From NCBI GenBank assembly GCA_963748215.1, contig CAVVHS010000006.1:384001-448000 (forward strand): a DNA stretch of 64,000 bases, written 5' to 3'. Origin of the DNA: an uncultured Gammaproteobacteria bacterium. GTDB lineage: Bacteria; Pseudomonadota; Gammaproteobacteria; UBA9214. Below the pieces are notes generated by a model that saw nothing but the letters and a program-made list of their open reading frames with translations, was not told the origin of the DNA and did no database searches. Position numbers and translations under genes: made by a program. Below, piece by piece: positions 53,259 to 62,350 of this stretch (its first letter is position 1; the number at the start of each line of letters is the position of its first letter).

Positions 53259-54212
53259 CTAGCGCGTTATCTGAATGGGAATGCCGCTTTTTTCCTCCAC
53301 GGCCTGACGCAGGGCGGCACCGCTCAGGCTCAGGCGACGGTCCGCGTTCAGGGCGGGTGAGTCCGGTTGTTCCGCGAGCATGTCGGCAACGGCGTCCAGT
53401 ACGCGTTGCAGGTAATCCTGGTAGAGCGGTTCATCTTCCTCCAGTGGCGGATGCAGTTCCAGAAACAGCGCGCCGGCCAGCCAGCCCAGCTTGATCGGCT
53501 GGTTGACCAGAGTGACCTGGGTACCGACCGGTATGTCGGCGAACAGGCCCTCGATGTCTTCCGGATACATGCGAATGCAGCCATGCGTCACGCGCATGCC
53601 GACACCGTAGGGTTTGTTGGTGCTGTGTATCAGGTACCCGGGTATTCCCAGCCGCATGGCAAAGCGCCCCAGCGGATTGTCCGGACCGCCGGGTATGACA
53701 TCCGGCAATACCCGGCCATCGGCCAGTGCCTCCTGCTTGATGGATTCGGGCGGTGTCCAGCTCGGGTCGGTCTGCTTGCTGATAATCGAGGTTTTGCCCA
53801 GCGGCGAACGCCAGTCCATGCGGCCGACGCTGATCGGGTGTGTGATCATGGTCTGTTGCTGGCCGGGTTTGGTCCTGGGGAAATAATACAGCCGCATTTC
53901 CGGCAGGTTGATCACCACGCCGCGGCGATCGGCCCTGGGCAGCACGTAGCGGCTCGGGATGATCACGCGCGAGTTGTCCTTGGGCATCCAGCGGTCGACG
54001 TCAGGGTTGGCCAGCAGGATCTCGTTCTGGCCGATGTCATAGCGGCGTGCGATATCGAGCAAGGTGTCGTTGCGCCCGGCGCTGGTGAACTCCAGGCGAC
54101 CGATGACACCCACGTCACCGGGAGGCAGTAAAAAGGTTTCGGCCACAGCCGTCGGGCTGGTGATCAGCCAGCACAGCCATATCAGCAGCAAGCGCTTCGA
54201 GACACCTTTCAT
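53259..54212 (-). CDS. L,D-transpeptidase, ErfK/YbiS/YcfS family with LysM-like domain
   Basis: TLLDIARRYDIG..EI..ANP, INLPEMRLYYF, PSWTPP, GPDNPLG, YLIHSTN...THGCIRMYP. Confidence 0.92.
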   Translation of the reverse strand: MKGVSKRLLLIWLCWLITSPTAVAETFLLPPGDVGVIGRLEFTSAGRNDTLLDIARRYDIGQNEILLANPDVDRWMPKDNSRVIIPSRYVLPRADRRGVVINLPEMRLYYFPRTKPGQQQTMITHPISVGRMDWRSPLGKTSIISKQTDPSWTPPESIKQEALADGRVLPDVIPGGPDNPLGRFAMRLGIPGYLIHSTNKPYGVGMRVTHGCIRMYPEDIEGLFADIPVGTQVTLVNQPIKLGWLAGALFLELHPPLEEDEPLYQDYLQRVLDAVADMLAEQPDSPALNADRRLSLSGAALRQAVEEKSGIPIQITR

Positions 54213-54341
54213 GTCATCCAGACCGGGCACCGTGGCCGCTTTGGATGCGTACATGGCCTGCTTCCTGGTAATACCGTCACTATTCATTAGTTCGTGTAAT
54301 GTATATTATGTTAAATAGAATAAATACCGGTACCGGGGCCG

Positions 54342-55349
54342 TTACAGCCAGTCCGTCAGGCTGACCCCTATCCCGATGCTGTTCACGTTGTGGTTGTAAT
54401 CGATCAGGCTTTCTCCGTAGCCGTTGAACCACTGGATATACCCGTCAAAGTGCCTGATAAAGGGAAAATTCCAGTCGACCTGTACTGCGCCGTGCATGTC
54501 AGAGCGCAGGTTGTTGCGCAGCATGATGTTCAATGAGTGTTTTTTGTGCGTAAAGACGTTGAGAAGTTCAAAATAACCCATGTACTCATCGATATCCGGA
54601 TTGTCATCCTTGCTGTCGTCTTCAGGGATACGCCACCAGGTCTTCAGTGCGCCGGCGTAGCGGCCATTCTCGAAGATGAATTCGGCAAACAGCCGGTTCC
54701 AGCTGCGTGACAGGCCGGCGCCCTGACCATTGGACTGGTGGTTGAAACCGAAGCGAACAGCCCGGTTGCGAAAGCCGAGAAAATTCCATTGGTTGTTCCA
54801 GGAAAACCATAGCTCGGGCTCATGGTTGGTTTCCCGGAACGGTGACGAGGCGGCCTGGTCATAGACCTGCCAGAACGAGCGGTTGGTGTAGGCGGCATAG
54901 ATATCACCCCCGTTGTCGCCAAGCAGTCCCTCGATCAACGGGAATTTCATGCTGACCTGGAACTTGGTCTCGGTATCCTTGCCGACGTTCGTGCCTAGAC
55001 CGGTCGTATTGATTCCACTGGTATCGTAGGCCGCGATCAGGATGTAGTTCGGCTTGTGTGCCGTAATGGCGAAGCGGTTGTCACGGATACTCAGTTCTTT
55101 CAGGTAGCGACGATCGATGGCAGTATAGGTGTGACCGTTCTCCTGTTCTGATTGAATCGCCTGCTGCTTGTGCCGGCAACTGCGTTTGAGTTCGCCAATC
55201 GTCGTTGTATCGCTGGCCTCCTCCATGGCCTCGGCCAGGCACGCGCTCATCGAAAACGGGGTTTCCACCGCCGCAGTCCCGCCCGACAACAGGCAGCCCG
55301 CCAGCAGCAATATAATCCTGCTGCTGTTGTTGTGCGTGCGACTGTACAT
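54342..55349 (-). CDS. pldA: Outer-membrane phospholipase A
   Basis: KFQVSMK, SSPFRETNHEPE, HQSNG....SRSWNR, GYGESLIDYN, C-terminal DW. Confidence 0.92.
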   Translation of the reverse strand: MYSRTHNNSSRIILLLAGCLLSGGTAAVETPFSMSACLAEAMEEASDTTTIGELKRSCRHKQQAIQSEQENGHTYTAIDRRYLKELSIRDNRFAITAHKPNYILIAAYDTSGINTTGLGTNVGKDTETKFQVSMKFPLIEGLLGDNGGDIYAAYTNRSFWQVYDQAASSPFRETNHEPELWFSWNNQWNFLGFRNRAVRFGFNHQSNGQGAGLSRSWNRLFAEFIFENGRYAGALKTWWRIPEDDSKDDNPDIDEYMGYFELLNVFTHKKHSLNIMLRNNLRSDMHGAVQVDWNFPFIRHFDGYIQWFNGYGESLIDYNHNVNSIGIGVSLTDWL

Positions 55350-55368
55350 GAGCGATCAGGCTGTTCCG

Positions 55369-56010
55369 TTATTGATGCTGGCTGCGTTCAAGGGCATTAA
55401 GCAGGACAGCGCCCGCCGACTCCTCGTCGATGCCGAATGCGATGACACCATCTTCATGACCGCCCATAACGAAGATCGATGACCTCCTGAGATCCATTTT
55501 CCTGAACAGGCGCGCTACTTCGGCTGCGATTTCCGGTGTGCCGTAGGCGACGGCAGGATCCGAGCAAGCCAGGCCAAGTCGGTGCACTGCATGCCAAATG
55601 GCTGGAGAATGTACATGAAAAACGACGTTTATGTCATCATCCTGGCTGTAGAACGTGCCGTGAGTCAGTGCTTCCGATGATGGCCTGACCGGACCGCGCG
55701 CTATGACACGGTTGCGCTGTACGTCCCAGTCTGTCACTACGCAGTAATGTCTGGCGTCGAGCCGGGCCAGCGCCCCGGTTTGCGTGCCGCTGATAATGAA
55801 CCGGGGGTGTCCTGCGGGCGTGTCCGGCGCCTCGATCCGCCGGCTGACATTGCCGTATCCGGCACCGCCGTATCGTCCCGCCTGCTGCCCGATCAGCTGC
55901 AGTTGCCAGAGCCGGTTGCGCCATGCATTCAGCGCTGCCGGTGGTGTCGGGTCTTCGGGTTCTGCATATGTATAGCGCAGATCGAATTTGATGACACCCT
56001 CATCCGGCAT
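55369..56010 (-). CDS. Class II aldolase/adducin family protein
   Basis: EGVIKF, GNVSRR, ISGTQTG, PSSEALTH, HVHS, GHEDG. Confidence 0.85.
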   Translation of the reverse strand: MPDEGVIKFDLRYTYAEPEDPTPPAALNAWRNRLWQLQLIGQQAGRYGGAGYGNVSRRIEAPDTPAGHPRFIISGTQTGALARLDARHYCVVTDWDVQRNRVIARGPVRPSSEALTHGTFYSQDDDINVVFHVHSPAIWHAVHRLGLACSDPAVAYGTPEIAAEVARLFRKMDLRRSSIFVMGGHEDGVIAFGIDEESAGAVLLNALERSQHQ

Positions 56011-56016
56011 GCCCGT

Positions 56017-56460
56017 TTACTGTGCCTGCGAATAGGCTTGCCGTATGCGCTCTACCCGCCTGCGATTGACGCCCAGGTCGCTGTAACCGGTGCGTGAGGC
56101 GGAGCGCACGTGAATCCGGCTGTGCTCAGGGTCCAGCAGAAATTCGACGTCATCCACAAAACGGAAAACCAGGCTGCGCGCTTCGATATGCAGGTAGTTT
56201 TCCCGTTCCGTAACCACGTCGACGCGTTTTTCGGCGGTCAGTGCCAGCCTGAGCCGGCGCATTGCATCGCGGGCGGAGCCGGAGTACGTAAACGGTTCTA
56301 TCCTGTGTGCCGCATCGCTGGCCTGACTTGAAACGCAGTTCGGCTTGTCCGGGCAATCGGGCAGCGATGCTGGTGCTGGTGCGGACATGGCTTGCATGCT
56401 GAATAGGATTAGTAAGAGTCCAGTAATAAAAAGTCGCGAATCAGCGTAGTGAAGGTTCAT
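56017..56460 (-). CDS. DUF1499 family protein
   Basis: CPDKPNCVSSQ, FRFVDDVEF, RSASRTGYSDLGVNRRR. Confidence 0.88.
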   Translation of the reverse strand: MNLHYADSRLFITGLLLILFSMQAMSAPAPASLPDCPDKPNCVSSQASDAAHRIEPFTYSGSARDAMRRLRLALTAEKRVDVVTERENYLHIEARSLVFRFVDDVEFLLDPEHSRIHVRSASRTGYSDLGVNRRRVERIRQAYSQAQ

Positions 56461-56595
56461 GTGGCAATGATACAGCCGCCACGCGGGTCGATCCATTACC
56501 CTGAATCGCCGGGGAGGCAGTGTAGTTCAAGCCGGTTTCCTGCTCGCCAGCGGTGCAGCTGTTCTCCTGGCAGGCTGCGCCGGCGGGTCGTCTCG

Positions 56596-57096
56596 TCAGC
56601 GATAGCGGCCGGCGGCGATAAAACGCGCCTGCCAGTACGGGTCATTCATGGTGGTAAAGGATACCCGTTTCCCGCTGGACGGCGCATGGATGAAGCGATC
56701 GTTGCCGGTGTAGATACCCACGTGCGAGACCGGACCGCGGCCGAGCCTGAAGAATACCAGGTCACCGGGCTGGAGCTGGTTCGACGGCACACGATGGGCA
56801 TTGCGCAGTTGAGCACTGGTAGTGCGCGGCACCCGGATGCCGGCCTTGCGGTATGAGTAATACACCAGTCCGCTGCAATCGAAGCCGCGTGGCGTTGCAC
56901 CACCGTATCGGTAGGGTGTGCCGACCTGTGCGGCCGCAATACGGGCACCGGGGTGCTGGTGCGACTTGCTGCCGACCTGTGCCGATGGCTGGCGTGCCGG
57001 GTAGGAAGGCTCCGAGGCGCAGCCACCAAGGGCCACGGCCAGTAGCAGCGCGGCAACCGGCGACAAACGTGAGAATCGACCTGAGGAAAAACCCAT
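56596..57096 (-). CDS. NlpC/P60 (C40) peptidase lipoprotein
   Basis: Lipobox LGGC, GTPYRYGG, GFDCSG, PGDLVFF, HVGIY, FIHA. Confidence 0.93.
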   Translation of the reverse strand: MGFSSGRFSRLSPVAALLLAVALGGCASEPSYPARQPSAQVGSKSHQHPGARIAAAQVGTPYRYGGATPRGFDCSGLVYYSYRKAGIRVPRTTSAQLRNAHRVPSNQLQPGDLVFFRLGRGPVSHVGIYTGNDRFIHAPSSGKRVSFTTMNDPYWQARFIAAGRYR

Positions 57097-57132
57097 AACC
57101 TACTCCGGTATTTATACCTTCCGGATACGAGG

Positions 57133-57159
57133 TTATCGGCCTACTCGAAATCGTCTTAA
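57133..57159 (-). promoter_or_regulatory. Sigma28-like promoter for the NlpC/P60 gene
   Basis: Minus strand TTAA-N15-GCCGATAA (perfect -10), 37 nt before the ATG. Confidence 0.6.
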
Positions 57160-58031
57160 CTTCCTCCCGGCGCTGCGCGGCCCTGCCCCCGCCTGAATTT
57201 ACCCTCGCGCAGGAACGCGAGTACCTGGGCGATGACGATGTCGTCGCGCATAATGAAGGTGTGGCTGCTGTCGACCACGAGGAAATCGGTCATTTCGGCA
57301 AGTTTTGCATGTTCAACCGACACCTTGCCGTCGTCCTCACCCGGAATCATGGGCGAGAACCAGGGGTCGAGACTGCGGGTGCCGGTGATGATGCCGATCT
57401 CGCCGGGGATCGGCGCGAGTCGCAATGGCAGGCTGTTGACCCCGGTGCCCAGCTGCTGGCCGGAGGGGCCGGTGGCGAAGCGGAATACGGCATGATCCTG
57501 CAACTGGTCGGCGACTTCGCTGCCCTGGTTGGGCGGGCTCAGCATGACGATACGGCCAAGATGATCGATAGGCGTATCCTGCAGGTACTGCCGTACCAGA
57601 ATGCCGCCCAGAGAATGCGTGACGAAGTGAATCCTGCCAGCCTGTTGCGATTCGCAATACGCCAACCCGTCATTAATGGCGCTGGCAGCCAGCCATTCGA
57701 TATCTGCTGCCCGTGACGGGTAGCCGCTGTTCCACACGCAGTAACCGGCCCCGGACAGCGCATCCTCGATGGCGCCCATGGAAAACGCGCTGCGTCCCAG
57801 TCCGTGCAGTACGATGACGCATTCCCGGTCTGAGCTATCAGTCGCCAGTACGGGGATGGCCGACAGTGTCAGCAGAAATGAAACAAGCAGGAAACACAGT
57901 GTCGTCGCAGCGCACGCCGCAGCGGTACGGCGCGGCTGGCTACCCGGGGTGTGACGGCGCTTGCGGCCCAGTCTCGAATATGATTGATATATGAACTCTA
58001 TAATATTGTTTATATTATAAATACTTGTCAT
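57156..58031 (-). CDS. Secreted alpha/beta-fold hydrolase (lipase-like); start uncertain
   Basis: LHGLGR, THSLGG nucleophile elbow, PPNQGS, DGKVSV, HTFIM. Confidence 0.8.
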   Translation of the reverse strand: MTSIYNINNIIEFIYQSYSRLGRKRRHTPGSQPRRTAAACAATTLCFLLVSFLLTLSAIPVLATDSSDRECVIVLHGLGRSAFSMGAIEDALSGAGYCVWNSGYPSRAADIEWLAASAINDGLAYCESQQAGRIHFVTHSLGGILVRQYLQDTPIDHLGRIVMLSPPNQGSEVADQLQDHAVFRFATGPSGQQLGTGVNSLPLRLAPIPGEIGIITGTRSLDPWFSPMIPGEDDGKVSVEHAKLAEMTDFLVVDSSHTFIMRDDIVIAQVLAFLREGKFRRGQGRAAPGGS

Positions 58032-58507
58032 GGTCTGTGCGCTTGCAGGCAGCGGCATATCTGCGCCGCCCGTTGCGGCAGGCCATGCATTGCATAGTGG
58101 CTGTAGCATTCATCCACAGCAGTGCGGAATGCCTCGATGCCATCCAGAGCCCTGTTGCCCAGATTATCCACGCTCGGTGCAAAGGGAATGCCCAGTGCCA
58201 CGCAGAAATGTTTCTCGACGGCCTGGGGTGTCACCTCGACCTGGAAAAACTGTTGCTGCTGCGCATTGGTACGGCCATCCGGCGCATACCAGTAGCCATA
58301 GTCATCCTGCCGCCGGCGTGCCTCCCCTGCCACACACCAGTGTGCGAGTTCGTGCAGCGCGCTGCGCGTGTAGTCATGCGTGAACCTGATTTCGGCCGGC
58401 TCGTCAGTGCGGAAAGCCAGATAGAACGGTTCATCGAAACCGCCAACCAGGCGGGTGCGAAAGGCTGATAATACCGTGTCGTTCAGGGCTGCGATCCAGT
58501 CAGGCAT
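58028..58507 (-). CDS. epmC: Elongation factor P hydroxylase (YfcM/EpmC)
   Basis: EPFY, SALHELAHWCVAG..RR...DYGYWY.PDGR...QQ..F..VEV.PQA.E, SVDNL. Confidence 0.9.
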   Translation of the reverse strand: MPDWIAALNDTVLSAFRTRLVGGFDEPFYLAFRTDEPAEIRFTHDYTRSALHELAHWCVAGEARRRQDDYGYWYAPDGRTNAQQQQFFQVEVTPQAVEKHFCVALGIPFAPSVDNLGNRALDGIEAFRTAVDECYSHYAMHGLPQRAAQICRCLQAHRP

Positions 58508-58633
58508 GGCTGGTTGGTCTTGTCGTGTCGATTTGCCGGGGTCGAGCCATTATCGCCACGGACCTGGGCGAGTCAATTGCTGTTCGACGGTACGATGTAT
58601 AATACCGCTTGTTTCCTGAACGGGGTTCAATGC

Positions 58634-58822
58634 ATGAGTGGCGTGACTCCATACCGCGAAATACAGGAGCTGGCAGGCAAATTGCCGGCACTGCAGGCAC
58701 GCGAGGATATCATCGAGGCGCTTGATCGGGCGGAATACCTGTTCGAGGTGATACCGCCCGAGTTGCAGGAGCCGGTCGAACAGCTCATTGCCGAGCTGCG
58801 TCGGAAGTTGCAGACTGCCTGA
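58634..58822 (+). CDS. Small helical hypothetical protein (62 aa)
   Basis: MSGVTPYREIQ...ALDRAEYLFEVIPPELQE...; host-like codon usage, TATAAT about 30 nt upstream, fills the gap between opposite-strand genes. Confidence 0.6.
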   Translation: MSGVTPYREIQELAGKLPALQAREDIIEALDRAEYLFEVIPPELQEPVEQLIAELRRKLQTA

Positions 58823-58825
58823 GTG

Positions 58826-59263
58826 CTATGCGCCGTGTGTTGTCACCCAGCGCACGATATCGGCAGTACTCATTGCACCCGGCTGGCGTGCGAGTTCGCG
58901 ACCATTAAGGAAAAGGGCCAGGGTCGGGATGCTCTGAATGCGGAACTGGGTGGCAATGCCCTGCTCGTTCTCGGTGTTGAGTTTGGCGAGTCGGGCGCGC
59001 GGTTCCAGTTGCGCGGCAGCCTGCTCGAACGCCGGGGCCATCACCTTGCAGGGCCCACACCAGGGTGCCCAGAAATCGACCACGACGGGTATGTCGCTGC
59101 GACTGATGTGTTGCTGGAAATTGCTGCTGTTCAGTTCCAGCGGGTGGGCGGTAAACAGCTGCTGGTGGCATTTGCCGCAGCCGGGGTGATCGGCCAGCCG
59201 GCGCATTGCCACGCGGTTTACCGCGTGGCAATGCGGGCAGACAATGTGCTTGGAGTCACTCAC
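58826..59263 (-). CDS. trxC: Thioredoxin 2 (zinc-finger thioredoxin)
   Basis: CPHC...CGKC zinc finger plus WCGPC, IPT. Confidence 0.94.
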   Translation of the reverse strand: MSDSKHIVCPHCHAVNRVAMRRLADHPGCGKCHQQLFTAHPLELNSSNFQQHISRSDIPVVVDFWAPWCGPCKVMAPAFEQAAAQLEPRARLAKLNTENEQGIATQFRIQSIPTLALFLNGRELARQPGAMSTADIVRWVTTHGA

Positions 59264-59351
59264 GTTGTAATCCTGTGGTAATTGTCATATCCGGGTCATA
59301 TGGTGGCGGTGATTGTTGATATCAAGCCCGTCCATTCGGGTTTGCGTGCGG

Positions 59352-59864
59352 CTAGCGTATTCCCGCCCACCACAGCCGAAGGCGCAGCCCGATACCGGTG
59401 GTGAAGCCCATCTCGACAAAGCGGATGTTGCCACCGGCATCGAGGATATAACTGGTTGGTACCCCGCGAATCGCATACTGGCGGGAAATGGACAAATCCC
59501 GGTCGTGGATGACGGGATAATCGACCGCCTTTTCCTTCATGTAGTCAATAATTTCCTCTGCCGAAGCCTCGTCCATGGCTATGCCAAGAACGGGGTAATC
59601 GCGGGCAAGTGCATCGATGGTGCCCTGCTCCAGGCCGCAGATCGGGCACCAGGTTGCCCAGAAATGCAGCAATGCCGGCCTGCCCCTGAGGTCGACAAGC
59701 GATGCGTGGGTGCCGTCGAGCAGCGTACCGGCGAATTCCGGCGCCGGCCCGGACGGCGCATCGCGTGTATGCCAGGCATTCAGCGCCAGCAGCAGCGCGA
59801 TGAGCGCCACTGTCTCGAGCAGCCAGCGCGGCCATCGACGCTTTTTCCGGGTGGTAGTATCCAT
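59352..59864 (-). CDS. Membrane-anchored TlpA-like protein-disulfide oxidoreductase
   Basis: N-terminal TM helix, HFWATWCPIC, GVPT. Confidence 0.88.
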   Translation of the reverse strand: MDTTTRKKRRWPRWLLETVALIALLLALNAWHTRDAPSGPAPEFAGTLLDGTHASLVDLRGRPALLHFWATWCPICGLEQGTIDALARDYPVLGIAMDEASAEEIIDYMKEKAVDYPVIHDRDLSISRQYAIRGVPTSYILDAGGNIRFVEMGFTTGIGLRLRLWWAGIR

Positions 59865-59934
59865 TGATGAAGGGCCGGATTACTGATCGGGTGCAACTGC
59901 GCGTCACAGGGCTATATACGGAAATCCGTACACA

Positions 59935-60351
59935 TCAAGCGTCATCCGGAACACCCTGCCAAAGCATCTGGTAGCCAAGTTCGTAGGTTTCGTCGCAAAA
60001 GTCCGCCAGTGCCTGGAATTTCTCCTTGAATATCCTGTCGGCGTGTGATTTTTCATGCTGGTCGAAGGACTGCCAGAAGGTGACGATCGCCAGTTCGCCC
60101 TGCTTTATCTTGGCGGCGGTAGCGTTCTCATCGGGGGGTGCGCCGACGCTCCCCTCCTCCGATACAAAACCCGAATATTTGTATACCTGTCCGGCGATGA
60201 AGCCGCCCTTGTCGTCTCCGTAGGTGTTCTTGACGACATTGCACATTTCGCCCAGTGCCAGTTCAACGTCCTCGACCGTGACGCCGTCTTTCAGGTCAAC
60301 CACATTGAACAGCATGACGCAGCCAAAGGGTATCTGAATGGGATGGTACAT
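59935..60351 (-). CDS. Hypothetical dimeric alpha/beta-barrel protein resembling the N-terminal half of sulfur oxygenase reductase
   Basis: RBS AAGGAG; LFNVVDLK, GEMC, GF, TFWQSFDQHEKSH, YELGY pattern (see findings). Confidence 0.7.
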   Translation of the reverse strand: MYHPIQIPFGCVMLFNVVDLKDGVTVEDVELALGEMCNVVKNTYGDDKGGFIAGQVYKYSGFVSEEGSVGAPPDENATAAKIKQGELAIVTFWQSFDQHEKSHADRIFKEKFQALADFCDETYELGYQMLWQGVPDDA

Positions 60352-60416
60352 GGCAGGTCTCCTTCTTGAATTTAGTTATGCCCATTGATTGAATCAGAGA
60401 TAAAAATCATGCATCG

Positions 60417-61196
60417 CTAGACCCGCAATTTTCTTCTTACCAGTACTACGGCGATATAGTAACTGACCAGTGCATAGCACAGTAGCACGCCGATGTTCAG
60501 CAGGGGCTGGTCAATTGGAGCACCTGCGACCAGCGCGCGGGTCAGTAGCACGGCATGGGTCAGTGGCAACAGATTGACGGCACCCTGTACTGATTCCGGC
60601 AGCGTGTCGATGGGATAGAATACACCGCAGAGTATAAACATCGGCGTAACAACCAGCACGAAGTAATAGTTGAAAAAATCGTAATTGCTCGCCAGCGCCG
60701 ACATGATCATGGCCGGACCCGCAAAACACAAGCCTATCAGGAATACCACTGGCAAAACCCATAGCGATTGCCAGCCGGCAACCACGCCCAGGGCAGTGGC
60801 CACAGCAAGAATGGCCATGCCGCTGAACAGGCTCTTCGTGCCGCACCAGAGCATTTCGCCGGTGAGTATGTCATCAACTTCGACCGGTGTGGCGAGAATC
60901 GCCTCGTAGGTTTTCTGCGGCACCATACGCGTGAATACCGAGTACATGCCTTCAAAACTGGCGGTTGTCATGGCGCTAGAGGCAATGATGCCGGAGGCCA
61001 GGAATGCCAGGTAGGGCATGCCGGCCATCTCGCCCACGAAGTGTCCAAGGCCAAAGCCGAGGCCTAGCAGATAGAGCGTTGGCTCACCGAAATTCATCAA
61101 CAGCGCCGGGATAAACAGCTTGCGCCATACCAGGATGTTGCGTCGCCAGACCATCAGGGCGCCGGGCCGGATACGCGGTAGTCGCAGATCGGTCAT
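60417..61196 (-). CDS. ABC-2 exporter permease (NodJ-like)
   Basis: VWRRN..VW.K, EPTLYLLGLGFG, TYEAILATP, GVFYP, LPLTHAV. Confidence 0.88.
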   Translation of the reverse strand: MTDLRLPRIRPGALMVWRRNILVWRKLFIPALLMNFGEPTLYLLGLGFGLGHFVGEMAGMPYLAFLASGIIASSAMTTASFEGMYSVFTRMVPQKTYEAILATPVEVDDILTGEMLWCGTKSLFSGMAILAVATALGVVAGWQSLWVLPVVFLIGLCFAGPAMIMSALASNYDFFNYYFVLVVTPMFILCGVFYPIDTLPESVQGAVNLLPLTHAVLLTRALVAGAPIDQPLLNIGVLLCYALVSYYIAVVLVRRKLRV

Positions 61197-62131
61197 CAGT
61201 CGCGCAATTCCCGGCCGGTCAGGCGGAGGAATACATCCTCCAGCCCTGTGGGGCGATGCACGAACCTGAACGAGTGCCGGTGCGTGAGCTGTTCGATCAG
61301 GGCGGCGGCATTGTGCGTGTAGCAGTAAAGGCTGCTGCCCATGCGCTCCAGGCGACAGCCAGCTGTGCTCGCCAGTTGCTCGAATTCAATCGCCTTGCCG
61401 CGTACCTCGATGATCTCCGGTTCGACATGCCGGTCGATGAGTTCGCGTGGGGAACCCTGGGCAAGTATCCGTCCATGATCCATGATCACCAGTTCGTCAC
61501 ACAGGCGTTCGGCCTCTTCCATATAGTGAGTCGTCAGCAGCAATGTCTTGCCGCTGGCCTTGAGTTCACTCAGCCTGCCCCAGATTACGTGGCGAGCCTG
61601 TGGATCAAGACCGGTGGTCGGCTCGTCCAGCACTACCAGCTCCGGGTCGTTGATCAGTGCACGGGCTATGGTCAGCCGTCGCTGCATGCCGCCTGACAGG
61701 GTGGTGGTCTTTGCGCTGCGCCGGTCGGACAGCGAGACGAAGTCCAGCAAGGCATCGATGCGGGGGCTGACCTGTTTTCGTGTCAGTCCGAAAAAGGTGG
61801 CATAGACCCGCAGGTTTTCCTCGACGCTGAAATCAGGATCCAGGTTGTCAGCCTGCGGGACGATGCCGGTGCGGGCACGTATTGCGGCCGCGTGGTCGTT
61901 GACCGATAAACCGAAAACCGACAATGATCCGCTGCCCATGGGTGTCAGTCCCATGGTCATGCGCAGTGTAGTGGTCTTCCCTGCCCCGTTCGGGCCGACA
62001 AATCCGAAACAGCAACCTGGCTGTATATCGAAGTCGATATTGTCGACAGCAACGCGACTCGCGAAATGCTTGGTTAGACCCCGGGCGGAGATGATGGGTT
62101 GTGTGGCGCCGGATTCTGCAGTCAAGTTCAT
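61196..62131 (-). CDS. ABC-2 exporter ATPase (NodI-like)
   Basis: GPNGAGKTT, PQADNLDP, LSGGMQRR, LDEPTTGLDPQAR, LEDVFLRLTGR. Confidence 0.9.
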   Translation of the reverse strand: MNLTAESGATQPIISARGLTKHFASRVAVDNIDFDIQPGCCFGFVGPNGAGKTTTLRMTMGLTPMGSGSLSVFGLSVNDHAAAIRARTGIVPQADNLDPDFSVEENLRVYATFFGLTRKQVSPRIDALLDFVSLSDRRSAKTTTLSGGMQRRLTIARALINDPELVVLDEPTTGLDPQARHVIWGRLSELKASGKTLLLTTHYMEEAERLCDELVIMDHGRILAQGSPRELIDRHVEPEIIEVRGKAIEFEQLASTAGCRLERMGSSLYCYTHNAAALIEQLTHRHSFRFVHRPTGLEDVFLRLTGRELRD

Positions 62132-62350
62132 GACTGAGTATTCTAGCGTGTTACTGTGCCTGATTTACCACATGTGGAGGCTGTTGTTGTGCAATTCCCC
62201 CATGCAGCTGAGGCCTGTATTGAATGCGGGCCGGTCGCTATCAATCCGGTAGCGACGCCTGCACCCTATACCTGTTTTCCAATATTCACCCGGGCAGGCG
62301 GTGTAGGCCTGGCCGCATGGAAAACGGCCGGGCACATTGGTGCAGGTGTG

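Noticed and set aside
59316-60397. FNR-like half sites (TTGATATCAA near 59316; TTGATTGAATCAG near 60385)
   Set aside because: Spacers are 0 and 3 nt rather than the required TTGAT-N4-ATCAA
60417-62131. Nodulation function implied by NodI/NodJ similarity
   Set aside because: NodIJ-like exporters are widespread in non-nodulating bacteria, and no nodABC genes are present
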